DNA of 59,904 nt, filler included, from 6 parts of 6 records of this genome joined end to end with filler, not necessarily neighbours in it, one strand, 5' to 3'; positions 48,639-59,052 are shown, counted from the whole stretch's first letter. The notes: generated by a model not told the origin, from the letters alone. A program made the numbers and translations.

Positions 48639-49931
48639 TTACTGATCCACCTGCAAACCACTTGGCACTGTCGCAGGCACCCCAAGCTGTCCTTCCGCCC
48701 CCGCCACATCGGTCAGAGACTCCAGAAACGCGACCAGATCCGCGACCTGCGCATCGTCGAGCGACAGCGGCGCCAATTCATTCGCCGCTGCAATCGCCGT
48801 CATCTCGTCTGCATCATCCAAGATCCGCCAATCCAGCGCGCCCGGCAACTCTGGCAGGATCGCCTGGCTTCGGTCATAGGCATAAAGCGAACCGACCGGG
48901 TCGAGGTGATGGCGGATCACGCCCTCCAACGTCGCATAAGCCCCCGCATGGCCGTAGGGCGCGGTCAGGGTCACGTTGCGCAAAGACGGCGTGCGAAAGG
49001 CAAAGGCATCATCCGGGTTTCCGGTCACATGCATCCGGCCCTCATCCCGCGCGTGGCTTTCAAACCGCGCGGCTTTGCCGGGGCCGATCTGGACCATGGC
49101 GATGGCGTGGAAATCATGGTCGGTCTGGAAGCGGCCCGAATGGCAGGCGGCGCACCCAGCCTCACCATAGAACAGCGCCATCCCTCGCTCTGCCGCCTCG
49201 GGCAACTGGGCCTCACCAGCCAGATAGAGGTCAAACGGGCTGCGGTCCGCGCGCCATTCGAAGCGGATGAAATCGGCCATGACGTTGGAGATATCGGTGA
49301 AGTGGATCTCTGCGCCCTGCCCCAGCACATCATCGAACCGCGCGCGATAGTCCGGCACCGCCGCGACCCGCGCCGCGATCTGGTCCCAGGCCCCACCCGA
49401 CAATGACAGATGCCCCATCCGCACAGCCTGTGAAATCGGGTTTTCGGAGTAGTGGCCGGCCATCTCATCTGGCGACAGGACCGGGAACATGGCCTGCGCC
49501 GACAGGACACTGTCGAAGCCTTCCGCCATGGCGTCGCCAAGCGGGGTGCGGATGCCGTTGGGGCGGGTTGAATCAGCTTCCAGCCGTCCGTCATGGAACA
49601 TATGGGTGAACTCGGCCGCACCGAGGTTGAACAAAGCGGGCGCATTCCGGGGAACGCGCTGTTCCGGCAGATTATCCGGGTCAGCCACCCGATCCGGCCC
49701 AAGCCCCTGCGCCCCATCCCCAAGCGACAGCGACACCCCGTCCGAGGTGCCGAAGCGCGGGTGATGGCAGGTCGCACAAGACACCTCCTGGTTGCCTGAA
49801 AGGATCGGGTCATAGAACAGCAGCTGCCCCAGCTCGACCCGCGCCGGGTCGGTCTCAGTGAATTCCGCCGGGGGAAAAACCGGCTGCGCCAACAGCGGCA
49901 GCGGCACCAATGCAAGGGCAAGCCATTTCAT
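48639..49931 (-). CDS. di-heme cytochrome c peroxidase/MauG family protein
   Basis: LGQLLFYDPILS, CATCH, RNAPAL, CAACH and FRTPSLRNV..TAPYGHAG. Confidence 0.88.
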   Translation of the reverse strand: MKWLALALVPLPLLAQPVFPPAEFTETDPARVELGQLLFYDPILSGNQEVSCATCHHPRFGTSDGVSLSLGDGAQGLGPDRVADPDNLPEQRVPRNAPALFNLGAAEFTHMFHDGRLEADSTRPNGIRTPLGDAMAEGFDSVLSAQAMFPVLSPDEMAGHYSENPISQAVRMGHLSLSGGAWDQIAARVAAVPDYRARFDDVLGQGAEIHFTDISNVMADFIRFEWRADRSPFDLYLAGEAQLPEAAERGMALFYGEAGCAACHSGRFQTDHDFHAIAMVQIGPGKAARFESHARDEGRMHVTGNPDDAFAFRTPSLRNVTLTAPYGHAGAYATLEGVIRHHLDPVGSLYAYDRSQAILPELPGALDWRILDDADEMTAIAAANELAPLSLDDAQVADLVAFLESLTDVAGAEGQLGVPATVPSGLQVDQ

Positions 49932-50914
49932 CGCGGAACCTCCATGATCTCGACTGTCAGACGTTGGCGATAGGGCAGTTCCGGCGTGACGATGACCGAG
50001 GGAAAGCCAGGGTGATTGACCGCGTCTGGAAAGCCCTGCGGTTCCAGCGCAAGACCGGCCCAAGGCGCGATGGATTGGCCGGGATGAGCGCCGTGCCGCG
50101 ACGGCAGACCGTGGCCGGTATAGACCTGCAGCCCCGGCTGATCAGACCATATCCGCAACCGCAGACCATTGGGGGCCAGTACGTCTGCAATCGGCTCGGA
50201 ACTGTCCCGCGCATCCGGCAGGGCAAAGTTAAGATCGGTGCCCTCGCCCAAGGGATCGGCATCGGCCAGCACGGCACCCTTACGGAAATCATGCCGCGTC
50301 CCCTCGACCGGCACCACCTGCCCCACTGGGATCATCGCGGTATCCACCGGCGTGGTTCGGTCTGCCGAACAGGTGAACCTTGCCTTGCGGGCAAGCCCGT
50401 CCATCCCAAGCGAATAATAGCTGTGTTGCGCCAGACTGATCGGCGTAGGCCGATCCACGATGGCTTGCATATCATAGGTGACCCGCGCCCCATCCAAATG
50501 CACCGTCACCGCGAAATCGACAGTCCCCGGATAGCCTTCTTCACCATCCATGGACCTGTAGGTAAAGCGCACGGACCGTGCGCCCCCCCTCTCTGCCTGC
50601 CAGATCCGGGAATGCAGCCCGCCTGTCCCGCCATGCAGCTGGTTCGCGCCTTCGTTCGCGGTGAGGTGATGGTCCCGCCCCTCAAGCGAGAACCGCGCCC
50701 CGCCGATCCGGTTGGCCACGCGCCCTGCAATCACGCCCATGAATGTAGGGTTCCGGGCGTAATCTGCGGGGTTCGCAAAGCCAAGCACCACAGGCACCGA
50801 CGCCCCGCCCAAGGGCACCCACCAGCCCCGCGTGATACAGCCGAGGTTGAGGAGCGAGAGCGTGACGCCCCCGTCCTCCAACTGATACTCCCGGATATCC
50901 GCAGCGCTAGGCAT
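49928..50914 (-). CDS. aldose 1-epimerase (mutarotase)
   Basis: GRVANRI, NQLHGG, EGYPG, HSYY and ALEPQGFPDA. Confidence 0.9.
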   Translation of the reverse strand: MPSAADIREYQLEDGGVTLSLLNLGCITRGWWVPLGGASVPVVLGFANPADYARNPTFMGVIAGRVANRIGGARFSLEGRDHHLTANEGANQLHGGTGGLHSRIWQAERGGARSVRFTYRSMDGEEGYPGTVDFAVTVHLDGARVTYDMQAIVDRPTPISLAQHSYYSLGMDGLARKARFTCSADRTTPVDTAMIPVGQVVPVEGTRHDFRKGAVLADADPLGEGTDLNFALPDARDSSEPIADVLAPNGLRLRIWSDQPGLQVYTGHGLPSRHGAHPGQSIAPWAGLALEPQGFPDAVNHPGFPSVIVTPELPYRQRLTVEIMEVPR

Positions 50915-50921
50915 ATCCCCC

Positions 50922-52235
50922 TCAGGCGAAGCGGTTTACGACGTTTTCAAGATATTCCTGCTTGCCCGAAACCGGTGCGGGATTGATCCCTTCGGCCTCG
51001 ACCCGCGCGGCGATCTCTTCCAGTGTGCGCTCGCCCTTCAGCATCGCCTGCGCTTCCGGTGCGGACCAACCGGCATAACGATCCTCGACAAACCCCGGCA
51101 GGGTGCCCTCCTCGATCATCGCGGCGGCGGCTTTCAGGCCGCGCGCGCAGACATCCATGCCGCCGATATGGGCGATCAACAGATCTTCCGGGTCCAGCGA
51201 CTGACGGCGCAGCTTGGCGTCGAAATTGGTGCCGCCGGTGGTGAAGCCACCATCCTGAAGGATGTGGTAATAGGCCAGCGCCACCTCGGGCACGTTGTTG
51301 GGGAACTGGTCGGTGTCCCAGCCGGATTGATAATCATTGCGGTTCATGTCGATCGATCCAAGGATACCAAGCGCCGAGGCCAGGGCGATCTCATGCTCAA
51401 AGCTGTGACCGGCCAGAATGGCGTGGCCTTGCTCAATATTCACCTTCACCTCGCCCTCCAGCCCGTGACGCTTGAGGAAGCCGTAGACCGTGGCGACATC
51501 GTAGTCATACTGATGCTTGGTGGGCTCTTGCGGCTTGGGCTCGATCAGGATCGCGCCGTCAAAGCCGATCTTGTGCTTGTAGTCCACCACCATGTTCAGG
51601 AAGCGGCCGAACTGCGCGTCTTCTTGTGCAAGATTGGTGTTCAGCAGCGTCTCATATCCTTCGCGCCCGCCCCACAGAACGTAGTTTTCACCGCCCAAAC
51701 GATGCGTCGCGTCCATGCAGGATTTGACCGTCGCAGCGGCGAAGGCGAAAACATCCGGGTCAGGGTTCGTGGCCGCGCCCGCCATGAAGCGGCGGTTCGA
51801 GAACATGTTGGCCGTGCCCCACAGCAGTTTGACGCCGGTCTGGTCCATTTTCTCGGCGAAGTAATCCGCGATCTGGTTAAGCGTGTCGCGGTTTTCGGCA
51901 AAGCTCGCGCCGTCTGGACGAATGTCGAAATCATGGAAGCAGAAATAGGGCACTTTCAGCAGGCTGAACATCTCGAAGGCCACGTCGGCTTTGCGCTTCG
52001 ACAGCTCCATCGTGTCGGCCGGGAACCACGGGCGTTCGAAGGTCTGGCCGCCGAAGGGGTCATTCCCCGGCCAGACGAAATTATGCCAGTAGCAGGCGGC
52101 AAACCGCAGGTGATCCTCCATGCGCTTGCCCATGACGATCTCATCCGGGTTGTAGTGGCGGAAGGCCAGCGGGTTGGCGCTGTCCGCGCCTTCGAACGGG
52201 ATCTCGGTGATGTCTTTGAAGAAGCCGGTGCTCAT
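50922..52235 (-). CDS. xylA: xylose isomerase
   Basis: [25 protein letters not shown] and GWDTDQF. Confidence 0.97.
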   Translation of the reverse strand: MSTGFFKDITEIPFEGADSANPLAFRHYNPDEIVMGKRMEDHLRFAACYWHNFVWPGNDPFGGQTFERPWFPADTMELSKRKADVAFEMFSLLKVPYFCFHDFDIRPDGASFAENRDTLNQIADYFAEKMDQTGVKLLWGTANMFSNRRFMAGAATNPDPDVFAFAAATVKSCMDATHRLGGENYVLWGGREGYETLLNTNLAQEDAQFGRFLNMVVDYKHKIGFDGAILIEPKPQEPTKHQYDYDVATVYGFLKRHGLEGEVKVNIEQGHAILAGHSFEHEIALASALGILGSIDMNRNDYQSGWDTDQFPNNVPEVALAYYHILQDGGFTTGGTNFDAKLRRQSLDPEDLLIAHIGGMDVCARGLKAAAAMIEEGTLPGFVEDRYAGWSAPEAQAMLKGERTLEEIAARVEAEGINPAPVSGKQEYLENVVNRFA

Positions 52236-53683
52236 GTCAGTGCTGCCTTGATGGAAGGATAGAGGGCGCGATAGCGGGCATAGCGGTCGTCATAGGCTGC
52301 TTGCAGGTCCGCGCGGGGTTCAATTGTTTCGGCCACTTGCGGCGGGGTCATTGTGTCATGCAGATCGGCCCCGTCAGCGACCATCGCCAACCGTGCCGCG
52401 CCAAGCGCTGCGCCGAATTCGCCCTTGGCGGGAAGGCGCAGGGGCAAGCCCAGGATGGTGGCGAGGCTTTCCAGCCAGAACCGCGATCCGGTGCCGCCGC
52501 CGATGGCAAGAACGGAGTTCAGATTGGTGCCGGTCGACCTCAGTGCCTCTAGCGAATCCCGAAGCGCGAAGCTGACGCCTTCCATCACGGATTGGGTCAG
52601 GTTTTCCTTGCTGGAACCGATGTCGAGACCGACGAAAGCGCCTCGGATATCGGCGTCGTTATGCGGCGTGCGTTCGCCAGACAGGTAAGGCAGGAAGAGC
52701 GCGCCGGACGGGCCGTTGATCGTGTCGGGCAGGCGGCCCGCCAGCGTCGCGGGGCTGTCATTGAGGGTTTTGGCCAGCCAGTTCAGGCAGTCGGTCGCGG
52801 CAAGGATCACACCCATCTGATACCAGGTTCCGGGCACTGCGTGGCAAAAGCTGTGGACGGCGGTTTCCGGCGCTGGCGCGAAGCTATCCTTCGCCGCCAG
52901 AAGCACCCCGGATGTGCCAAGCGACACGAAGCCATCGCCTTCACGGAAACAGCCAACTCCACAGGCCGCGACCGCGTTGTCTCCGCCGCCGCCTGCCACG
53001 ACAACGGGGCCGGAAATCCCCCACTCGGTCGCCAGATCTGCGCGCAATTGGCCGGAAGCTTCGCTGCCCTCCACAAGGCGTGGCATCTGGTCGGCGCGCA
53101 TGTGGCCCGCGTCCAGCAAGTCGGGCGACCAATCCCGTTTGCCCACATCCAGCCAGCTTGTGCCTGCCGCATCGGACATGTCGGACACATGATCCCCCGT
53201 CAGCCATAGGCGCAGATAATCCTTTGGTAGCAGAACCTTGGCGACTTTCGCGAAAATCTCTGGCTCGTGCTTTTCAACCCATAACAGCTTGGGCGCAGTG
53301 AAGCCGGGAAAGACGATATTGCCCGACAGATCCCGCACATTAGGGGTAGCGTCCAGCGCCGCAGCCTCGGCATGGGACCGTGTGTCATTCCACAGGATGC
53401 AGGGGCGAAGGACATTATCCGCCGCATCGAGCAAGGTCGCGCCGTGCATCTGGCCCGACAGGCCGATGCCGCGCACGGCAGACAGGGCCTCTGGCGCCTC
53501 TGCCTTCAGCTTGGCCAAGGCGACGCAGCAACAGTCGATCCAATGCGCCGGGTCTTGTTCGCTATGGCCCGGCGCAGGGTGGCTGACGGAGGCTGCGTGT
53601 TCGGCGGCGGCGACCAGCGCACCACCGGCATTGACCAGCACAGCGCGCAGGCCGGACGTGCCCAGATCCAGTCCGAGATACAT
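52232..53683 (-). CDS. xylB: xylulokinase
   Basis: [28 protein letters not shown] and PYLSGERTP. Confidence 0.95.
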   Translation of the reverse strand: MYLGLDLGTSGLRAVLVNAGGALVAAAEHAASVSHPAPGHSEQDPAHWIDCCCVALAKLKAEAPEALSAVRGIGLSGQMHGATLLDAADNVLRPCILWNDTRSHAEAAALDATPNVRDLSGNIVFPGFTAPKLLWVEKHEPEIFAKVAKVLLPKDYLRLWLTGDHVSDMSDAAGTSWLDVGKRDWSPDLLDAGHMRADQMPRLVEGSEASGQLRADLATEWGISGPVVVAGGGGDNAVAACGVGCFREGDGFVSLGTSGVLLAAKDSFAPAPETAVHSFCHAVPGTWYQMGVILAATDCLNWLAKTLNDSPATLAGRLPDTINGPSGALFLPYLSGERTPHNDADIRGAFVGLDIGSSKENLTQSVMEGVSFALRDSLEALRSTGTNLNSVLAIGGGTGSRFWLESLATILGLPLRLPAKGEFGAALGAARLAMVADGADLHDTMTPPQVAETIEPRADLQAAYDDRYARYRALYPSIKAALT

Positions 53684-53716
53684 GGTTCCTCCCATGGCAC
53701 CCTCCCCCGGTGCCGT

Positions 53717-53739
53717 ATTTATTTTGATAGATAAATTAA
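53717..53739. promoter_or_regulatory. ROK-type operator-like site upstream of xylB
   Basis: ATTTATT-N9-AAATTAA. Confidence 0.4.
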
Positions 53740-53809
53740 TTTCACGGAGGACGCCGCGAGTCAATCCCCCGCGATGCTGAGGCAGCCAAAATCAGCCCGT
53801 CACCCTGCG

Positions 53810-53838
53810 TGCACCCCCTGTACACCCCCTGTACACCC
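53810..53838 (+). repeat. short tandem repeat (TGTACACCCCC)n at contig end
   Basis: TGCACCCCC TGTACACCCCC TGTACACCC. Confidence 0.6.
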
Positions 53839-53938
53839 NNNNNNNNNNNNNNNNNNNNNNNNNNNNNNNNNNNNNNNNNNNNTTAATTAATTAANNNNNN
53901 NNNNNNNNNNNNNNNNNNNNNNNNNNNNNNNNNNNNNN
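53839..53938. other. artificial contig join
   Basis: N run + TTAATTAATTAA. Confidence 0.98.
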
Positions 53939-53939
53939 C

Positions 53940-54431
53940 GATGCGGGGGCCTATACGCTGGGCTTTGTGATTTCTTGGTTGGGCATCAGCCTGTTGCGCG
54001 CGGTGCCCGAAGCCTCGGCCTGGGCGGTGTTGTTGACGGTGTTTTGGCCGGTGTCAGATACCATGCTGGCCATCTACCGGCGCTGGCGCCTGGGGGCCGG
54101 TGCGATGGCGCCAGACCGGCTGCATGTGCATCAATTGGTGATGCGAATGCTGGAAATTCGGTTTCTGGGCAAGGGGCGGCGCCATATCTCGAACCCGCTG
54201 ACCACGCTGGTGTTGGCGCCATTTGTCATGGCGCCACCGATCGCGGCGGTCTTGCTTTGGGATGATCCATTTGGCGCCATACTGGCGGTGACAGGCTTTA
54301 CGCTGTTGTTTTGGGGCAGTTATTTTGCGGCCTTTCGCCTGTGCGGCTGGGTGGGCCGGCGCCGGCTGCGCCTGCCCGATCTGGCGCATAAACGCGCCCA
54401 ACTGGCATTGGCAGCCGGGCGCAGCAAGTGA
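53940..54431 (+). CDS. MraY/WecA-like glycosyltransferase family 4, C-terminal part (5' truncated)
   Basis: DAGAYTLGF, PVSDTMLAIYRR and PDRLHVHQ. Confidence 0.8.
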   Translation, partial: DAGAYTLGFVISWLGISLLRAVPEASAWAVLLTVFWPVSDTMLAIYRRWRLGAGAMAPDRLHVHQLVMRMLEIRFLGKGRRHISNPLTTLVLAPFVMAPPIAAVLLWDDPFGAILAVTGFTLLFWGSYFAAFRLCGWVGRRRLRLPDLAHKRAQLALAAGRSK

Positions 54432-54623
54432 TCATCAGCGCCCCAAGGGGGCTGTGATTCTGTTGCAAATTGTGTCAAAATGAGTTAGCGTTGAATACAG
54501 ATTACACCCATGGGTGGTAATTGGTATTTAATTTAAACAGTTTTTTAGTGTTTTGACATATAGTTATTGCATGCACGTAATTGCAGCAATTATATTTAAT
54601 GGTGTTCATGTCAGGGGACGATA

Positions 54624-54908
54624 ATGGAAGCGCCAAAACTTGCGGCTTTAAGATCTTTGCTTCACGGGATGGAGCGGGAATTAGGCCTTGATGATCTTAG
54701 TCAAAGCCAGCGTGATGTATATTACGCCGCCAGCCTGCTGCATGGTGCGGGCGAGCCCATTACAACCGAGCTTTTGCAAACCCACCCGCTGACCCGCGAT
54801 ATCCCGCGGCCCACGTTCTTTCGCAGCCTGAAATCCCTGTTGAATCGCAAGCTGATGTTCCGCAGCGGCGGCGAGCGTTCTGGACGCTATGTTCTAAGCC
54901 AAGACTAA
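54624..54908 (+). CDS. small winged-helix-like protein
   Basis: 94 aa; AGGGG RBS; IPRPTFFRSLKSLLNRKLM resembles a wHTH recognition helix. Confidence 0.6.
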   Translation: MEAPKLAALRSLLHGMERELGLDDLSQSQRDVYYAASLLHGAGEPITTELLQTHPLTRDIPRPTFFRSLKSLLNRKLMFRSGGERSGRYVLSQD

Positions 54909-54927
54909 ACGGGGTTATCCGGCCGAA

Positions 54928-55494
54928 ATGTGGCAAAACTGGATATTGCCAACGCTCGTCATTAGCCACCTGTATTTGGCCAGCTATTGGGTAACCACCT
55001 GGGCACCCGATTTTACCATTGCAAGCGATAATGGCGTATTTGCAACGGCCAGCCTGTTGTTTTTACCCCATGGTGTGCGGGTGATTGCCGCCTGGCTTTA
55101 TGGCTGGCGATAAATACTTTTGTTAATTCCGGGCACATATGCAGCACATTTTTTGCGCGTTGGCACAGTCTCGATGAGTTGGGCCGAATTTATTGGCCCG
55201 ATGTTCGGGGTGATTTGCGCGGCGTTTTGTTTTTGGCTATTGGCCCGGCTTGGCGCCGATTGGCGGCTGCGGCCGGGGTTTGTAACAAACTGGAAAGATG
55301 TGCTGCTGGCGGGCTGCCTGGCCTCGGTGGTGAATGCTGTGGGCAGTAATCTTTTGTTTGGCAATGGCTGGCCGGTGGTGGCTGGCTACTTCTTTGGCGA
55401 TATCATGGGGATGCTGGCGTTGTTTGCCACCTTGATGCTGGTATTTCGCGCCCTGCGCATCATGAATTTTCGCATGGGCGGCGGCAAAAATTAA
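54928..55494 (+). pseudogene. MASE1-like membrane protein interrupted by an in-frame TAA at 55111-55113
   Basis: ORFs 54928-55113 and 55120-55494 share a frame; the read-through is LLFLPHGVRVIAAWLYGWR*ILLLIPG, continuously hydrophobic. Confidence 0.7.
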
Positions 55495-55575
55495 TCAATT
55501 ATTAACCTAAATCACCAATCTCTAAATGCATCGCCCGGCCTTTGGCCGGCCAATCTGATATGGGGTATTTGGGTG

Positions 55576-55743
55576 ATGATGCAGTTCGAGGCAGGCAACA
55601 ATCAGGCAAAAAAGAACGGGCCGGCGCGTGGTGATGGCCAGCGGCGTGCCTATGCCAAGCCGCAATTGGTGATGTTGGGAACGGAACAGACGGAAAACTT
55701 TACTGGTCCCTCGGCTGATGCATTCGTGGGCGACCCGAGCTAG
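55576..55743 (+). CDS. putative lasso-type RiPP precursor peptide (55 aa), absent from the ORF track
   Basis: MMQFEAGNNQAKKNGPARGDGQRRAYAKPQLVMLGTEQTENFTGPSADAFVGDPS*; YxxPxL...G...T leader motif. Confidence 0.6.
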   Translation: MMQFEAGNNQAKKNGPARGDGQRRAYAKPQLVMLGTEQTENFTGPSADAFVGDPS

Positions 55744-55844
55744 TCAACCTGACAGCGGCGGCTTTCTAGTATTTTCCGCCTTATCCCGGCCACAAACTGC
55801 CGTTAACATAGCGGGCGTGGTTTAGGCGGTAAAGCGGGGGATCG

Positions 55845-57068
55845 GTGCAACAAACTGTGCGCAAGCGGCGGGTGTTCTATATCCCCGGTTATGATCCCAT
55901 TCCGCCACGCCGCTACCGCGAGCTGTTTCGCAAAGAGGGGGCAGCGCAGGCGCAGATTAGCGGCTACCAGCTGCAGATTGGCCAGGGCACTGCAGGCCAG
56001 GGCTTTGGCTGGCGGGCCCGCGCGCAGATTGCGGGCCAATCCTGCGATAGCGATTTTCAGGTGCTTGTGTGGTCAGATATCGTGCGCGATAGCATGGCCA
56101 ATTCGGTTTTGGCCACCTATGGGCAGTTACTGGCCACGGCCTGGGCCTATATTGGCACCGGCGCCTTGTGGCGCTTGATGCGGCTGCGCAAGGGGCCGGT
56201 GATTGCCGCACTTTACCCTGTTGTGGCGCTTTTGGGGCAATTGGCCTTGGCGCTCTTCTTGGGGGGGGCTGGCGCCTGGGGTTTGGGCATTGGCGCGCAG
56301 GCGGCGGGCCTGCCGTATTGGGCGGGCATGGCGCTGGGGGGTGCTGTGGGCCTGGCCCTTGTGGCGGGTGTGCTGGGCTGGTTTCGCGCCAATGACAGCC
56401 GGTTTTACGCCTATTACCTGATGCATGATTATGCCTTTAGCGCCCGCCATTACGGCGCGGTGCCGCCGGCGCTGGCCAGGCGCATGGCCGCCTTCACCCA
56501 AACCGTGGCCGAAGCGCTGACAAGCGACGCAGACGAGGTGCTGGTGGTGGGCCATTCCTCGGGGGCGCATCTGGCGGTAACGGTTTTGGCTGATCTTTTG
56601 CGCCACCATTGCGTGGCGCCGGGGCGGCTGGGGTTTTTGTCATTGGGCCAGGTGGTGCCCATGGTCAGCTTTTTGCCGCGCGCGGGGCGGTTGCGGGCAG
56701 ATCTGGCCTATTTGGCCGCGCATGAAGGGCTGACATGGGTGGATGTCAGCGCGCCGGGCGATGGCTGCTCGTTTGCGCTGTGCGATCCGGTGGCGGTCAG
56801 CGGCGTGGCGCCTGCGGGGCAGCGCTGGCCCTTGGTGATTTCTGCCGCCTTCACCCAAACCCTGTCGCCCGCGCGCTGGCAGGCCCTAAGGTGGCGGTTT
56901 TTTCGCCTGCATTTTCAATATCTTTGCGCGTTTGATCGGCCCAAGGATTATGATTATTTTCAAATCACCACCGGCCCCGTGTCGCTGGCGCGCCGCTTTG
57001 CCGGGCGCCCGCCATCGGCCAGCCGCATCACCCGGGCGCTGTCGAAATACCGCGATATGCAGCCATGA
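55845..57068 (+). CDS. membrane-associated alpha/beta-hydrolase-like hypothetical protein
   Basis: VFYIPGYDP; GHSSG nucleophile elbow; central TM hairpin; LHFQY. Confidence 0.65.
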   Translation: MQQTVRKRRVFYIPGYDPIPPRRYRELFRKEGAAQAQISGYQLQIGQGTAGQGFGWRARAQIAGQSCDSDFQVLVWSDIVRDSMANSVLATYGQLLATAWAYIGTGALWRLMRLRKGPVIAALYPVVALLGQLALALFLGGAGAWGLGIGAQAAGLPYWAGMALGGAVGLALVAGVLGWFRANDSRFYAYYLMHDYAFSARHYGAVPPALARRMAAFTQTVAEALTSDADEVLVVGHSSGAHLAVTVLADLLRHHCVAPGRLGFLSLGQVVPMVSFLPRAGRLRADLAYLAAHEGLTWVDVSAPGDGCSFALCDPVAVSGVAPAGQRWPLVISAAFTQTLSPARWQALRWRFFRLHFQYLCAFDRPKDYDYFQITTGPVSLARRFAGRPPSASRITRALSKYRDMQP

Positions 57069-58453
57069 TCCCGCCCAAGCCCACACCGCGGCCTGACAGG
57101 GTTTCGCCCTGGGCCTATTTGCGCCTGTTTCGCCGCGATATTTTATCGGCGCAGCCCGCGCGGCTGTATCGTGCCTGGATGGCCGAGTTTCGCACGCCGT
57201 TTTTCCGCTCGTTCCTGATCAACCAGCCCGACTTGGTGCAGCTGGTGCTCAAAGACCGCCCGCAAGATTTCCCCAAATCCAGCCGCCTGGGCGAGGGGCT
57301 GCGCCCGCTGTTGGGCAATTCGGTGTTTTTGACCAATGGCGCGCAATGGCAGCGCCAGCGCCGCATCATCGACCCCGCCTTTGAAGGGGGGCGCCTGCGC
57401 GGCAGCTACCCCGCCATTTGGCACGCAGCCGAAGCGGCCGTAGAACGCTTGGCCGCGCAGGCGGGGGGGGCGCATGGCGTTGAGATAGAAGAGCAGGCCA
57501 GCCATGCCGCAGCCGATGCGATTTTTCGCACGCTTTTCTCTATTCCCATCCAGCATGGCACCGCAACGGCCGTATTTCACGCCTTTCGCGCCCATCAGCG
57601 CAGCCAGCCGATTTTGAATTTGGGGGCGTTTTTGCCCCTGCCGCGTTGGATGCCAAGGTTTCACCGCGCCAGCACCCGCGCCACAGCACGCCATATTCGC
57701 GGGCTGATCACCCAGCTGACCCAGGCGCGCATGGCCCAGATCACGGCAGGCCAGGCCCCCGATGATCTGGCCACCAAGATCATGACCACCCCCGACTCGG
57801 AAACGGGGGCGTGTTTTGACACCCAAGACATGGTCGATCAGGTGGCGATTTTCTTTCTGGCAGGCCATGAAACCAGCGCATCTGCCTTGGCTTGGGCGCT
57901 GTATCTGTTGGCCCTTTCCCCGGATTGGCAGGCGCAGGTGGCCGCCGAAGGGGCGGCGCTGGATGCGCCCGATTTTGCCCAAGTGGCGCGTTTGCGTGTG
58001 GCGCGTGATGTGTTTCGCGAGGCGTTGCGCCTCTATCCGCCGGTGCCGATGATGGTGCGCGAAACCACCCAGCCCGAGGTGCTGCGCGGGCGCCGGGCGG
58101 GGCGGGGGGCGCAAATCGTGCTCAGCCCGTGGCATCTGCACCGCCACAGCCGGCTGTGGGATAACCCCGATGGGTTTGATCCGGGGCGCTGGCACACAGA
58201 AAATGGCCGGGCCTGCGCGCGCGATGCCTATATTCCCTTTTCTGCCGGGCCCAGGGTGTGCCCAGGTGCGGGGTTTGCCATGGTGGAAGGGCCGGTTTTA
58301 TTGGCCAAACTCTGTGCCGCTTTTCAGTTTACCGCCGATCCACAGCGCGTGCCGGTGCCGGTGGCGCATTTAACCGTGCGCGCGCGCGATGGCATTTACC
58401 TGCAGGTGCGTCCGCGTCAGGCCTGCGCAAGCACGGCGGTTAAATCACCATAG
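57065..58453 (+). CDS. cytochrome P450
   Basis: AGHETS I-helix, EALR, and the PFSAGPRVCPG heme-Cys motif. Confidence 0.93.
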   Translation: MIPPKPTPRPDRVSPWAYLRLFRRDILSAQPARLYRAWMAEFRTPFFRSFLINQPDLVQLVLKDRPQDFPKSSRLGEGLRPLLGNSVFLTNGAQWQRQRRIIDPAFEGGRLRGSYPAIWHAAEAAVERLAAQAGGAHGVEIEEQASHAAADAIFRTLFSIPIQHGTATAVFHAFRAHQRSQPILNLGAFLPLPRWMPRFHRASTRATARHIRGLITQLTQARMAQITAGQAPDDLATKIMTTPDSETGACFDTQDMVDQVAIFFLAGHETSASALAWALYLLALSPDWQAQVAAEGAALDAPDFAQVARLRVARDVFREALRLYPPVPMMVRETTQPEVLRGRRAGRGAQIVLSPWHLHRHSRLWDNPDGFDPGRWHTENGRACARDAYIPFSAGPRVCPGAGFAMVEGPVLLAKLCAAFQFTADPQRVPVPVAHLTVRARDGIYLQVRPRQACASTAVKSP

Positions 58454-59052
58454 CCGGTAAAGCGCCGCTCAAAGGCCAGCCCCATACGCTGGGCGCAATC
58501 TTGGGCTTTTTCGGTCAATACTGGATCGTCGGTTTGGGCCTGGTAGACCAGCTTTTCGTAATGGCCAAAATACATCTCAAGCAACTCGGGGTGGCGATCC
58601 AGCCCCAGTGGGCGCCAGACAAAGGCATCGAATTGGCGCACCAAAAAATCGGTCAGGTAAAAGGCGGTGATTTCATCTGGGGCGTTTTCAGCAAAACGCG
58701 CGTTGCCCTCGAAAAAACTGTAGCAATGGGGCCCTTCTACCATCTCTACACCCAGTGCATCGCAGGTTTGGCGCAGCAGGCCGCCGGTGCCACAATCGGC
58801 ATAGACCACAAAAACCCGGTCATAGTTTGGGGCGTTTTCCTCTACCGTCTGGCGCACGGCCTGTGGGATACGTTCGGGGTGGTTGTGCAAGATGGCAGGC
58901 AGGCATTGCAGGTCTAGGTGGTGCCAGTTATTGGCCGCCTTTAGCGCCAAAATCTCGCGCGCAAGGGCGCCGCAGGCCACCAGCAACACCTGGCCTGCGC
59001 CGGTGGCATCAAGGCCCTGTTCGGTCAGGGTGTGATCATCTGCTGTGGTCAT
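58417..59052 (-). CDS. DUF1638 family protein
   Basis: LVACGALARE, LHNHPERI, YADCGTGG, PHCY and FYLTDFL; near a corrinoid protein gene. Confidence 0.8.
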   Translation of the reverse strand: MTTADDHTLTEQGLDATGAGQVLLVACGALAREILALKAANNWHHLDLQCLPAILHNHPERIPQAVRQTVEENAPNYDRVFVVYADCGTGGLLRQTCDALGVEMVEGPHCYSFFEGNARFAENAPDEITAFYLTDFLVRQFDAFVWRPLGLDRHPELLEMYFGHYEKLVYQAQTDDPVLTEKAQDCAQRMGLAFERRFTGYGDLTAVLAQA

